From contig CAVZZA010000005.1 in the NCBI GenBank assembly GCA_963779615.1, positions 800,001-864,000 of the forward strand: a DNA stretch of 64,000 nucleotides, read 5' to 3'. The notes under the pieces are model-generated. The model was not told the origin of the DNA. It saw only the letters and a program-made list of their open reading frames with translations, and ran no database searches. The translations under genes were made by a program, and so were the position numbers. Source of the stretch: an uncultured Nitrososphaeraceae archaeon (lineage in GTDB: Archaea > Thermoproteota > Nitrososphaeria > Nitrososphaerales > Nitrososphaeraceae). Below are positions 44,179-55,121 of this stretch, one piece after another. Within the stretch, counting starts at the first letter, position 1; each line of letters opens with the position of its first letter.

Positions 44179-44570
44179 TTACACTTTTCTATCCATAGAA
44201 GATAATTCCCTCTTGTAAGATTTCTTTAACCATATGGGTGTGATTATTGTTGTAATCGCTACCATTATGATTATAGCTGTATAAATATCAGTAGAGAGTG
44301 CTCCTGATGTTACTCCAACACCAGCTACTATGAGGCCTACTTCACCTCTTGATACCATCCCTATTCCCACTCTAATTGATTTTGTCTTATCTTTGAGATA
44401 CAATATAGATGGCAATCCGCATCCTAATAGCTTTGTAGAAATTGCTATTACTATAATTATCCCTGCAATAATTAATACATCGATGTTAACACCTCTTAGA
44501 TCCACTTGAACACCTATTATTGCAAAAAATAAAGGTGCAAAAATAAACTGCAGTTTACGATTATATTCAT
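44179..44570 (-). pseudogene. 3' fragment of a CPA2 cation:proton antiporter (paralogue of 49244-50455)
   Basis: KLQFIFAPLFFAIIG.QVDLRG...GMVSRGEVGLIVAGVG...ITPIWLKK is nearly the same as the C-terminal third of the intact gene. Confidence 0.9.
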
Positions 44571-44680
44571 AATGGCCGAATTTGCAACGGGATTCTCTCT
44601 CCACTTGTAAAAAATTGGTCTCATTCTACTCATATATACCATGCGTAAGGCTTTTAATTATTAACACAATACATAAACAA

Positions 44681-45268
44681 GTGGGCCGCACAATACCTTC
44701 CTTCAGACAACTACTAGAGATTGAGAAACTGGATTGGTCTGATTTTAAGAAATCACTACCAACCAAAAAAGACAAACAGGCGTTTGACAAGATATTCGAG
44801 AACGCGAAATTATACACATCTTACTTATCCAATGCGGTAAACCCAATTGTTTTTGAATCGGTTGTGATGGGAGACCTTTTTCGTAATTATAAAGCGCTAT
44901 TAGCGATCAGCAAGAAAGAATGCAAAGTCAATGATGATGTGGTTGAAGAGGAAATAAGATTATTGGAAGAAAATAAAACACAAGGGAAAAAACTGCTTGA
45001 CAGAACTTGCAAAAAGTGGCAGGGCCTGATAGATGCCTTGCATATGGAGGACTGCCAGCTGCTATTAAAAATGATACTGGAAACATGCATTTATAATGGA
45101 TATTGTAATCTGGTAACAGATATTGAGAATTCAGAATCTTCTATTGACTATTTCTTCCTTTTAACGGCCATAATACATCAGCAAAAACTAATCAACAAAA
45201 TAAACAAGAATTATGGTATTGAAGGCTCAATGAATAAAACCTTGTTTGACTTTATGCACAATCAATAA
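44681..45268 (+). CDS. MGRTIPSFR-type archaeal helical protein (resembles the small protein of polB2 operons)
   Basis: GTG start; GRTIPSFR..E..DW..FKK.L..DKQAFD..F..A..Y motif. Confidence 0.65.
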   Translation: MGRTIPSFRQLLEIEKLDWSDFKKSLPTKKDKQAFDKIFENAKLYTSYLSNAVNPIVFESVVMGDLFRNYKALLAISKKECKVNDDVVEEEIRLLEENKTQGKKLLDRTCKKWQGLIDALHMEDCQLLLKMILETCIYNGYCNLVTDIENSESSIDYFFLLTAIIHQQKLINKINKNYGIEGSMNKTLFDFMHNQ

Positions 45269-45480
45269 AAAAGAATACCTTAAGGAACAGTTATGGATAC
45301 ACCCCCTTTTGAAATTTCATCTATAAAGCTGTAATTGTGTTCGTAATTGCACAAGTCTTTGACTCATCAGGATGAATTCTCTATGGGCCGAAAGGGATGC
45401 AATACAAATTTGGGTTAAATTATGGATTCGTTTTCATATCGAATAATCCGTTTTTTAATATATTATAAACAAGTTAAGCA

Positions 45481-45582
45481 TTGGCGGTGGGACTTGAACC
45501 CTTTAGCGCTACTTGTGGGTTCATAAAAAATTTGATAATTTTATTTATGGAAAATTGTGAAGGGAATGGGATTTGAACTCGC
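45481..45582 (-). other. Two degenerate tRNA-3'-end (T-arm/acceptor) fragments, possible att relics
   Basis: Minus strand reads GGGTTCAAGTCCCACCGCCAA (45481-45501) and GAGTTCAAATCCCATTCCCTTCAC (45557-45580); no D or anticodon arms. Confidence 0.45.
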
Positions 45583-45865
45583 TATTTGCATTCACGGTTC
45601 ACATATTGAACTAATAAAAGTATCTTTTATGATGATAGATGCATTCTACAGTCCAAGGTATCGTGTTGCCTATGGAAGAGGTCATTGTTGGTTTCCAGCA
45701 CTGATAAATATGTACGGAGGAAGGATGTGATTCAATAGTGAACGGAACCTAAACCGGGTTTATTTGCATCTTAATAAAATTATTAACCTATAAGTTTAAA
45801 TAAGATATTTAATTGTGATAAAGAATGAACCGTATTTTTGCTTTTCAATAAAAAAAAGGATTATT

Positions 45866-46444
45866 TTATCCCTGTATTTTTGCCGGGCTTATGTAGTAAA
45901 TATTTCCCTCATCATATGCCGCATTTATCACAATATTGTATTTGCCGCTCTTAACATTGTCAGAAATAGTTGTTTTAAGGCTACAGTCAATCAAGGGCTC
46001 AGAACATCTTTCACTTTCAATGGTTTTGATTTTATCTGCCTTGTTTTTGGCAATATCTATGTTCTTTTCTTTTTTGTCCACAAGGTACACGTTAATGGAT
46101 TTATAATCTCCATGCCTGGCAGTTTGATCACAGTCTTTCTCCTCGCACTTGAATTTTATGGTCAAATCGTCGCCTGTAGACAGTTTTATGTCTTTGGTGT
46201 TGCTTGCGTCACGATTCTCCGTAATTGCTAGTGTGTTATCGTCATTTATCGCCACATCATAGTTGCCATCAATGTTGTATTTCTTGCCATCCGTTTTAAC
46301 TACTGCTTCAGCGAACCCTCCATGTACCCCTTTTTTGCTGTCACCTTTTGAGTACGCCAATTGGGGAGAGGAAGACAAAGCGCCCATGGTCATTACAGAT
46401 CCCACCAATACTAATAAAGATAGTTGCAGTATAATCTTATTCAT
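45866..46444 (-). CDS. Secreted hypothetical protein
   Basis: Signal peptide ending LAYS, two Cys pairs, TTTTATA box about 23 nt upstream. Confidence 0.75.
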   Translation of the reverse strand: MNKIILQLSLLVLVGSVMTMGALSSSPQLAYSKGDSKKGVHGGFAEAVVKTDGKKYNIDGNYDVAINDDNTLAITENRDASNTKDIKLSTGDDLTIKFKCEEKDCDQTARHGDYKSINVYLVDKKEKNIDIAKNKADKIKTIESERCSEPLIDCSLKTTISDNVKSGKYNIVINAAYDEGNIYYISPAKIQG

Positions 46445-47067
46445 TGACCTTTAATAGCAAAACTCCTATAAAATCATTCTAATTAAATTAAATAGAACAT
46501 ATTTTCGAATAAAAAAAATAACGAACAGCCATTCATCGTTAATGAGGCAACACCCTCATAAATGGAAACACATGCAGATGGCTTAACCAATCACCAGATT
46601 ATTAAAAACTTGCCTTTTAGTTTTATGGAGACAATTACTTTCATTTTATAAATTCATTTTATCGTAAAACTCATTTAATGTCATTATGATATCAATGCTT
46701 TTCTCTACCAAAGTACAGACACAACTAATGGTATCAGAATAAAATGAGTTAGAGTATAAGTTAAAAGATATTTTTTGTATAGGATTTTCTTTGGTTTGTA
46801 CTTTTATATCCCGTAATTTTTTATACTTTTGAAACCTCAAAGGCATATGGATATGATATGGGCCGGACAGAATACGGCTTAAATCGCATGGAGCATTCTC
46901 AATCTAGGTATTTTAAATTCAAAGTCAATCGTAGTCCCCTCTATCCTCACCCATTAAGGTGTGGGCTCAGGGAGATGTCGTTCAAAAGTGAATTAAACAT
47001 AAACGAATCTTTTGTGTTATAATACTTTGATGCAATTTTATTAGTATTTTTTGATTGCGCCAGATTT

Positions 47068-48396
47068 TTAACTCTTACTTGTAGGAACTATCCTATATAG
47101 TGTACCTCTATCCCCGGGCAGGTCAATTGAAAGCACATACAGGTAACCATCAGGCCCGTGTTGCATATCGGTAATTATGCCAAATCCCTTTCCCCACGTT
47201 ATCCCCTGGTTTTCCGATTGGGTATTTGCCACCTTGTCGGCTAGCGTGCCATTGAGTACAAACTCGGTCCTATCCTCATTTAGGTTAAAATGATAAATAT
47301 TTCCATTGTTGGCGCCAGCCACAAATAAAGTATTTTGGTACTGCACACCCAACTTATCAGACGGAAAAAACTTGATTGCAGTGGGAGCAACAGTAACATT
47401 CCATGTAAATTTTGGCATAGTGTATGTCCCCTTACCATTAAAGTTTAGCAACATATTTTCTGGATGCAGGTTTTCCTTGCCCATTGACCCATTTGTAACC
47501 TCCCATATCCCCTGTACTTTAGACCAACCGCTGTTAAACCCCGGCTTTACAAGGTTAATCTCGTCTCCAAATTCAGGCCCATTTTCGGTGTCCCACAACT
47601 GACCGGTAACAGGATCAAAATCCAAACCAAAGCTGTTTCTTATCCCATACGCGTAATAATAACTAGCGGGAGTGCTGTTTCCCAAAATTCCTTGCACTGG
47701 TTTACCATCCTGGGTGACTCGCAGTATTCCACCCCTTCCGTCAAGCGGCGCTTTTTTTTGGGGCACGTTTGACGCTTGTGTGCTCATCCAGCCAAGCTCT
47801 CCAAGCACAACATATACGTTTTTGTCAGGTCCAATTGTGACAACACCCCCATTATGGGCAGGCCCTGGCGTAGAAGGCAAGTTTAGCAACAGCTTTGGAT
47901 TTACCAATTTGCTGTTGTTATCTATTAAATCATATCTGTACAGGCGGTTTCCAAGAGGGTCATTCCCTGGTTTGCAGCGGGTGGGTGTATCGCACTCATC
48001 TCCTCCATCCCCAGCTTTTGATTCCGTATAGTACAGGAACACACGGGTGGGTGAAGATTTATTATTGCCATGATCACTTTTGTCAACAGCAACTCCCAAT
48101 AATCCCCTCTCAAGCGCATTTGAGACATTAACATCAAGCAATGGTTTGGAATACACATTCCCATTCACAATTCTATCGACCATTCCACTGTTTTCCTCCA
48201 AAACCAGAATGTCATTCACACCCAAAAATGCTATGTTAGTCGGCGTATTTAGGCCCTCAAAAACCGCCTCAACCTTCAGATTGGGATCAAAGACCGTGGG
48301 AACTGCGAATGCATGTATCGCATATGAAGAAATAATCAATAGAGAAACAAAAGCAATAGAGAAGGTTATTGTCACCAAATTCTTCATCAAACTCAT
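47068..48396 (-). CDS. Secreted PQQ-dependent sugar dehydrogenase (sGDH/GSDH family), stand-alone
   Basis: ERGLLG, HNGG, YGIRNSFGLDFDP, TENGP..DEIN, GPDGYLY; paralogue of 10500-12380 without the cupredoxin. Confidence 0.93.
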   Translation of the reverse strand: MSLMKNLVTITFSIAFVSLLIISSYAIHAFAVPTVFDPNLKVEAVFEGLNTPTNIAFLGVNDILVLEENSGMVDRIVNGNVYSKPLLDVNVSNALERGLLGVAVDKSDHGNNKSSPTRVFLYYTESKAGDGGDECDTPTRCKPGNDPLGNRLYRYDLIDNNSKLVNPKLLLNLPSTPGPAHNGGVVTIGPDKNVYVVLGELGWMSTQASNVPQKKAPLDGRGGILRVTQDGKPVQGILGNSTPASYYYAYGIRNSFGLDFDPVTGQLWDTENGPEFGDEINLVKPGFNSGWSKVQGIWEVTNGSMGKENLHPENMLLNFNGKGTYTMPKFTWNVTVAPTAIKFFPSDKLGVQYQNTLFVAGANNGNIYHFNLNEDRTEFVLNGTLADKVANTQSENQGITWGKGFGIITDMQHGPDGYLYVLSIDLPGDRGTLYRIVPTSKS

Positions 48397-48703
48397 AAAA
48401 ATACGTTAACTAAAAGTAATAGATGGGACTATTAAGTTTATTAGTTCAATAGCATAATAGAAAACGGATTTTTTATCAGAATCTAATTCTCATAACAACC
48501 ATGGATTCTAAATCATATCAGTCTTATACAGACTACTCCACTATTGGATAATTAATTATATACTAAAAAAGCTGCAGACGGTAATAATGACAATTTGCAT
48601 ATCAGGATTTCAACTTATCCCAATCATGCATTTGTCAACGGTTCGACAGTGGTTTGGCTTGGTGCAAAATCATTGATATATTGACCATATTATCAATAAA
48701 CCA

Positions 48704-49117
48704 GTGAAAGGTAATAATAAAGGTGGTAGCTATGACAAAATCAAGCATCTTGTAGAAGTGGATGATGACATTTTGGCCGTTTTTATTGTAGTGTCTTCGC
48801 AAATCAGGGACCTATACATTGCAAAAGGCGCCCATACTGACAGAGCATACATCAATTCAATTTATGGCACTTTAGGTCTCTATGGCAACAGTGAAACCAC
48901 CGTTGGGGGTGGAAAAGGAACACCCGGTAACCACAGCCTTTTGGGCAAACTAAAATGGGTTGTTTCAGAATATGAGAATTTAAGGGTGTTGAAAATAATC
49001 GAGAAAGACAAAGTTGTTGTTGTCCTGGTGAACAGCAATACCCAGCTCCAACACACCGTAGACAACATTTTGGGGTATTACTATGATTTGGATGAAACAC
49101 CAAAAAGCCTGTTTTAG
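48704..49117 (+). CDS. Hypothetical protein, roadblock/profilin-like pattern
   Basis: DILAVFIV...LGKLKWVVSEYENLRVL..VVVVLV pattern. Confidence 0.55.
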   Translation: MKGNNKGGSYDKIKHLVEVDDDILAVFIVVSSQIRDLYIAKGAHTDRAYINSIYGTLGLYGNSETTVGGGKGTPGNHSLLGKLKWVVSEYENLRVLKIIEKDKVVVVLVNSNTQLQHTVDNILGYYYDLDETPKSLF

Positions 49118-49243
49118 CTGTTAAAGTTTATTACCATAGTTTATGGGCCAATATTAAAAACACAATTAATAGCAAGTAATCTTGACAGCTAAAAAGCATG
49201 TGTTATATTATCGTCGGCAAAGCAATATCTTGTTCGATAAGCA

Positions 49244-50455
49244 ATGGCAGCAGAATCTGTGTTTATCCATGTGATAATCTCACTTTCCATTTTCCTGTTC
49301 AGTGCTAAAATCTTTGCCGAGATTTTCCAAAGACTGAGGATGCCTGTTGTATTGGGTGAGCTGTTGGCTGGGATAATAGTGGGGCCCTATGCTTTGGGCG
49401 GACTACCACTGTTTGAAGGCGGCCCGCTAGTGGTATTGGATGAGACTGTCAAGCACATAGGAGAGCTGTCTGCCATTGTGATTTTGTTTGTTGCTGGATT
49501 GGAAATAACACCGAGGGAGTTTCTTAGGGGAGGTGCCGCCTCCTTTACTGTGGGGGCATTGGGTGTGATTGTGCCATTCTTTGTGGGGTTTGCCGTATTC
49601 TCGATGTATGGCCTGGGAGCGTTTGAGACCCTTTTGATTGCCACTGCCCTGACCGCAACAAGCATAGCTATATCCATTCAGGTGTTAACTGAACTGGGGA
49701 GAATGCAGTCAAAGGAGGCACGGCTTATTTTGGGGGCCGCGATAGTTGACGACATCCTTGCGATTGCCGTATTGTCAGTTGTGGTTACCATGGTCCAGTC
49801 TGGCAACATCACGCCGGACATAGTGGAAATCACTTTTCTCATTTTGAAAATACTGGGATTGTTTGCAATCCTGCTCACAGTTGCCATATTCCTCGTTCCA
49901 AGGATACTGCACCGCGAAAAATTGTGGAGGTCAAAGGGAAGCATTGAGGGAATCACAACTGCGATTTTCTTTGGGACAGCTGGGATAGCTGCCTATGTCG
50001 GGTTGTCGCCCATTGTGGGTGCCTTTGCAGTTGGAATGGCCATTGCCAGCACCAGGTTGATAAAGCAGGTTGAAGAGTATGTTCACAAACTGCAGTTTAT
50101 CTTTGCCCCTCTTTTCTTTGCCATAATAGGCGCACAGGTGGACTTGAGGGGCATAAACCTCAATGTCCTTTTAATTGCCGGGATAATTGTGGCGATTGCA
50201 ATTTCCACAAAACTTTTGGGATGCGGCCTACCTTCGTTGATATTCCTCAAGGACAAGACTAAATCATTGAGGGTTGGAGTAGGTATGATATCAAGGGGGG
50301 AAGTTGGGTTAATTGTTGCCGGTGTGGGAGTGACAACCGGAGCATTGTCCACCGACATTTATACCGCGATAATCATCATGGTGGCAGTAACTACGGTAAT
50401 CACACCAATATGGCTTAAGAAGATATATCAAAAAGGGCCACCTGTAACCAAATAA
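49244..50455 (+). CDS. CPA2 family cation:proton antiporter (NapA/Kef-like)
   Basis: PVVLGELLAGIIVGP, ATSIAI, GAAIVDDIL, GAF..G, RGEVGLI. Confidence 0.93.
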   Translation: MAAESVFIHVIISLSIFLFSAKIFAEIFQRLRMPVVLGELLAGIIVGPYALGGLPLFEGGPLVVLDETVKHIGELSAIVILFVAGLEITPREFLRGGAASFTVGALGVIVPFFVGFAVFSMYGLGAFETLLIATALTATSIAISIQVLTELGRMQSKEARLILGAAIVDDILAIAVLSVVVTMVQSGNITPDIVEITFLILKILGLFAILLTVAIFLVPRILHREKLWRSKGSIEGITTAIFFGTAGIAAYVGLSPIVGAFAVGMAIASTRLIKQVEEYVHKLQFIFAPLFFAIIGAQVDLRGINLNVLLIAGIIVAIAISTKLLGCGLPSLIFLKDKTKSLRVGVGMISRGEVGLIVAGVGVTTGALSTDIYTAIIIMVAVTTVITPIWLKKIYQKGPPVTK

Positions 50456-50599
50456 AAGACAAATCGGATATTGATTTAACAATTACCGTAAAAATTCTTT
50501 TCCAAATGACATACTCAATTACCGGTTCCCAACGAATCTATTTTGTAATATTGCACCTTTTCTTAACGGAGGAACAAATGGTCTACCGGTTCATGGTTA

Positions 50600-51292
50600 T
50601 TAGTTATTTGCTTTTAGGAAGCCTGTGCCATCAGGACGCAAAAGTGCATAAGTAGTTGGTTCATAATAAAAAGTACCGTCCAAATCAATATGTTCAATTC
50701 TGTTTGGGCTGTTTACATATGTCTTTGTTCCATTGGCATGTTCTGTGATGTTGTCAGGGTTTGAAAAAACTCTGATTTGGTGTATGGTGTTTTCATTATT
50801 TGGTGTTGTGGTGTTGTCGTTTACTTTAATCGATGCTCGCATTGACATGAGAATGTCAGACAGTGTGATTTCGTCATTGTTGTCAACTGGATATTCAAAA
50901 TCCATATGTTTTCCGTCTATTGTTATGGCGGGTTTGCCGGTGATATTGTAATCTGCCTGAAGGCTGCTGGGTTTTGACGTGAAGTTTGCTGAAATAACCA
51001 CTTTCTCACTACCGGATAGCTGAGCTATGTCGGCCGAACCACTATCCGCTGTTGTATTGTCACCAGTATCGTTGTCCTGGCTGCCTGGGTTTGGTGTCCT
51101 TTGACTGAAGGTGGAATTAAATCCATCCGGTGACCCAAAAGATGAGTTTAAACCGGTTACTGATGTCGCCGTAGTGACATTTCTGGTTTGATTGGGAGAG
51201 GCATATGTGATATCGGGAATAACCATTAAAATAGAACATATGGCTGTAAAAACAGATAAAAAAGATGCGAAAATGGCTAAAGGTTTAGTCAT
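50600..51292 (-). CDS. Secreted hypothetical protein
   Basis: Signal peptide ending TYAS; S/T/N-rich linker with many N-x-S/T sequons. Confidence 0.7.
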   Translation of the reverse strand: MTKPLAIFASFLSVFTAICSILMVIPDITYASPNQTRNVTTATSVTGLNSSFGSPDGFNSTFSQRTPNPGSQDNDTGDNTTADSGSADIAQLSGSEKVVISANFTSKPSSLQADYNITGKPAITIDGKHMDFEYPVDNNDEITLSDILMSMRASIKVNDNTTTPNNENTIHQIRVFSNPDNITEHANGTKTYVNSPNRIEHIDLDGTFYYEPTTYALLRPDGTGFLKANN

Positions 51293-51682
51293 TGGTGGTA
51301 GATGTTATGGGTGATTTTATATAATGATTTTGACACTGCAAATGCTAAATTCTTTTTTTGCCATTTGCTTCAAGCCTCTTTAGTAGTTCTGTGTTTTACT
51401 GAACCTTATCTCTTTCCTTGGATATGGGTTTAGAGTTTGATATTGGATTTGATTTTTATTGATATAAAAAAGGGTACAGAACTTCTTTATAAGACACCAA
51501 AATCAGCCGTCAAGTAGGAGTGGACTTCATGCTCAACCTATGCCTATGGGCAAGTTCATTGACATGGATGCCATTAAAGATGCGCCATCTCTTTTAACTA
51601 GTGAAAACAAAAAACAAAGGTTTCTCCAAAAGATATGCTTTTACATGGGGTTGGGATTAGTGACTTTGTTCAACGAAACAAC

Positions 51683-52327
51683 ATGGATGTGTTTCTATTT
51701 CTACTCGTTTCCCCGGATGTTTTGGCATATGTCAATGTTCTGGTAATAAGTTTCATCACGAGTATTATTTTGTTTATCCCTGTTCCGTATGTTCCCGTCT
51801 TGATAGCTACATCATTTAACGAGAAGTTGGATCCAAACCTTATCGCGTTAATGAGCACAATAGGTGTTACCTCCGGTAGGTCCATTATATTTCTAGCTAG
51901 TTATTATGGCAGGAAGATGCTAAAGGATAGGACAAAAGAAAAAATGATGCCTCTCCAAAGATTGCTGATGAGATTTGGATGGATAGGCGCATTTGTTTCA
52001 GCCATCACTCCCTTTCCCCCAGATGATATGGTTATCATACTTTTAGGCATTGCCAAATACAATCCGTTGAAATTTGTGATTGCAAACTTTGCGGGTAAAT
52101 TGATTGCAAACATGGCTGTTGTATGGGGGGCAATATTGATGGGTAAGCCTTTAATAGAGCAACTTTTTGCGCAAAGCCAAAGTCCATTATCAATCACCGT
52201 GATCTCAATAGTTAGTGTAGCCAGTGTAGTGTTGATTATCTATTCATTAATTAAGGCAGATTGGGCAAAAATCATTGGGAAATGGTTTCCTTGGACACTG
52301 AATGATGACTACAAAGATAACAAATAA
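51683..52327 (+). CDS. DedA/VTT (SNARE-associated) family membrane protein
   Basis: FIPVPY, G...G....Y.GR, ITPFPPDD...LG..KY...F......GK. Confidence 0.85.
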   Translation: MDVFLFLLVSPDVLAYVNVLVISFITSIILFIPVPYVPVLIATSFNEKLDPNLIALMSTIGVTSGRSIIFLASYYGRKMLKDRTKEKMMPLQRLLMRFGWIGAFVSAITPFPPDDMVIILLGIAKYNPLKFVIANFAGKLIANMAVVWGAILMGKPLIEQLFAQSQSPLSITVISIVSVASVVLIIYSLIKADWAKIIGKWFPWTLNDDYKDNK

Positions 52328-52717
52328 AGAGAGGATTTCACAAGGTGAAAGGAAACCGTTGCAGAGTTTAGTGTGGTTGCAGAGACTTGAGCATACAGCT
52401 ACACCACAAAACTGCAGGTTAGATATTGGTGAAGTGCGGCATATTATAATAATTCCTGTCCGCTCTAAATGGTAAAATATTCCATCTTTAACATCACGTT
52501 TTAGTGAGATCACTATTCGATAACGCAAAACTAGAAATGCCCTTAATATCATTCATGGTGCCAATTAAAATTAATTTTTAAATTGAATACTGTACTGTTT
52601 ACAAAAACTCTTGGCAGGAAGTTTAATGCATTCAGCAATTGCTAAATATATTTTATTTAGACTTTGACATATATGCTTTTGTTAGTTTCCATATTCTTCA
52701 TATACGTTTATGAATAG

Positions 52718-54181
52718 TTGTTTTCTACAGAAAATAACAAATTGCAAAGGAAATACGCTGTTGGCCTCATTTTGATAGCAATCTATGCCATTCTCCTTTT
52801 TACAGTTCCTTCCTTAATATTTGACAAAAATGTTACTCCCATCCTTGCCTCCATCACATTGATTATGGTTGCAGTGTATGTTTTGCTGGGTCTTGAGATT
52901 ATTCACAGAACAGTCCTTGCTGCTTTTGCTGCCGTACTTTCCATCGTTTTGGCAGTCACATTGGGCTCCATACCTGCCGAAAAAAGCCTTGATTTCATAA
53001 TTGAATCCATTGACTTCAACACCATAGGCCTCCTATTGGGAATGATGATTATAGTAGCTGTTCTGGGTGAGACAGGAATATTTTACCAGGTAGGCATAAA
53101 GTTGGGCAAGGTCAGTAAGGGCAATGTTTGGACCTTGATGTTGCTTCTTTGTGCATTTACTGCTGTTGCCTCAATGTTCGTTGACAATGTTACAACCATC
53201 TTGCTTATGGTACCGGTTACCCTGTCAATAACAAGAACACTAAAGGTGCATCCCTTGCCTTTCATAATTGCCCAGGTTTTGGTATCAAACATAGGTGGAG
53301 CTGCCACCTTGATTGGTGACCCACCCAATATCCTTATTGGCTCAGCCGCAGGAATAGACTTTAACTCTTTTCTTGTCTATATGGGTCCAACCATGGCGAT
53401 AATCTTTGCAGTTTCCTTGTTACTGTTAAGATTGTTCTTCAAAAAAGAACTAAAAGGGGAGCAAAGCCTCGAAAAGGAGTCGGATGTGCAGGTGCTGATG
53501 CACAGGGATGAAGACGCCATAGTGTCACGCAGCAAAGGACTACTGATAAAATCAATGATTGTATTGATAGGGGTTATCGTTCTGTTTTCGCTTCAAGGTA
53601 TAACCCATCTGGAGGTCTCTATAGTTGCGATAGGTGGAGCTGCGGTGCTCCTTGCCATAACAAGAATTCCCTTTGAGAAAATACTGCATGAGGTTGATTG
53701 GTCCACCCTCTTGTTCTTTATAGGCTTGTTTGTTATAGTGGGGATAGCAGAGCATGCAGGCCTTATAACGGTACTGGCAAAACTCGCCATTGGCATAACG
53801 GGCGGCGATTCCTGGCTCACTTTTGTAATGATAATATGGCTATCTGGCATTGCAAGCGCCTTTGTTGACAACATACCATTCACAACCACGATGATTCCAC
53901 TGGTCCATTCACTTGCCTCCACACCGGATATAGCATCAACATTTGGCACTGAGTTTCATATCAACCCGTTATGGTGGGCTTTGGCGCTGGGGGCTGACTT
54001 GGGGGGGAACGGCACATTGATAGGCTCAAGTGCAGGGGTGGTTGCCGCGGGCTTGAGCATGAAGTTTGGACACCCCATATCCTTTATGAGGTTCTTTAGG
54101 ATAGGATTTCCCTTTATGCTGATTACATTGGCAATAGGAACGTTTGTTCTTCCAATGGTATTGCTTTTGATAGGTGGATGA
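52718..54181 (+). CDS. ArsB/NhaD (CitMHS, P-protein-like) ion transporter
   Basis: IHRT, IDFNTIGLLLGMM, DNVTT, SNIGGAATLIGDPPN, VDWSTLLFF, DNIPF, ALGADLGGNGTLIG. Confidence 0.92.
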   Translation: MFSTENNKLQRKYAVGLILIAIYAILLFTVPSLIFDKNVTPILASITLIMVAVYVLLGLEIIHRTVLAAFAAVLSIVLAVTLGSIPAEKSLDFIIESIDFNTIGLLLGMMIIVAVLGETGIFYQVGIKLGKVSKGNVWTLMLLLCAFTAVASMFVDNVTTILLMVPVTLSITRTLKVHPLPFIIAQVLVSNIGGAATLIGDPPNILIGSAAGIDFNSFLVYMGPTMAIIFAVSLLLLRLFFKKELKGEQSLEKESDVQVLMHRDEDAIVSRSKGLLIKSMIVLIGVIVLFSLQGITHLEVSIVAIGGAAVLLAITRIPFEKILHEVDWSTLLFFIGLFVIVGIAEHAGLITVLAKLAIGITGGDSWLTFVMIIWLSGIASAFVDNIPFTTTMIPLVHSLASTPDIASTFGTEFHINPLWWALALGADLGGNGTLIGSSAGVVAAGLSMKFGHPISFMRFFRIGFPFMLITLAIGTFVLPMVLLLIGG

Positions 54182-54309
54182 ATTCACATGCAATATGTTT
54201 TCCTTAAAGAATCTTCACTTCTCGTTTTAATTAATATCACTAAATTCACCAACAAGGCTGGGATAGTCGGATTCAGACCTTGCATGCTTTGGGATTTGTT
54301 GTATTCATT

Positions 54310-54995
54310 TTAAATGTTATGAAAACAAAAAGGGGTTCTAAAGTTAAGGGTTTCCATTTCCCCGTTATGAAAATCGGCTAAAAGATTCAGCCAGTTAACC
54401 ACATGCTTTATTTTACACTTCATCTTTTTACACGGAAAGTAGTCATCAAAGCATTCGGTCCCGTCCTTGACGTTCTGCATGGGCCTATCCATGATGTTTT
54501 TCTCTGGGTAGGAATGGATATGGTGTTTCCCCCTCCCAGGAATCTGCATGTTTGTGGGTAACACGTTCCACCATCGGTCGAGACAGGGTGTTCTCATTCT
54601 TTTACAACCGGTGGGGACAGAAAACGCTCGGCCAAAAGCATACTCCTTTCCTCGGCGGGTGCTCATTGAAAGGATGACTTTGTTTGTAGGCTCAATTACT
54701 ATCCATCAAAGCCATACCGGATTTGAGTCAACCTTGAGCAATGTTTTGTCAATGACAAACTCCCCGACCTTCTTTTTATTTGACAAGACTTTCTTTGATT
54801 TGTATTTTTGTATCCAGTTCCGGATGTAGACATGTTCCTTTTGATAAGGCATGAGGACAGCCTACAGAAGCCTTTCTTAAAGATGAACCTGAAAAATAAA
54901 AGAACAGGTCATACCAAGGTATTGTGAAGGTGCTCTTTTTTTGGTATTCACAAGAAAATAAGGCATATCCAATCTACGGGGTTTCGTCAAATGAA
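54310..54995 (-). mobile_element. Degraded IS6-like transposase relic
   Basis: NKKKVGEFVIDKTLLKV..WIVIEP..; NIMDRPMQNVKDGTECFDDYFPCKK..KHVVNWLNL, with several frameshifts. Confidence 0.75.
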
Positions 54996-55121
54996 CCGAT
55001 CCCTCAAACCTTTGAAAAATAACAAATATCAGATATTTGAATTAGTGAACGCACTTAGTAATACATCTTTATTTCAAATACTATTTTTAAAGATAAATAG
55101 TTGCATAGGCTTTAATTAGCT

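Noticed and set aside
45481-45582. Intact tRNA genes
   Set aside because: Only T-loop and acceptor-like 3' pieces are present; no cloverleaf can be built.
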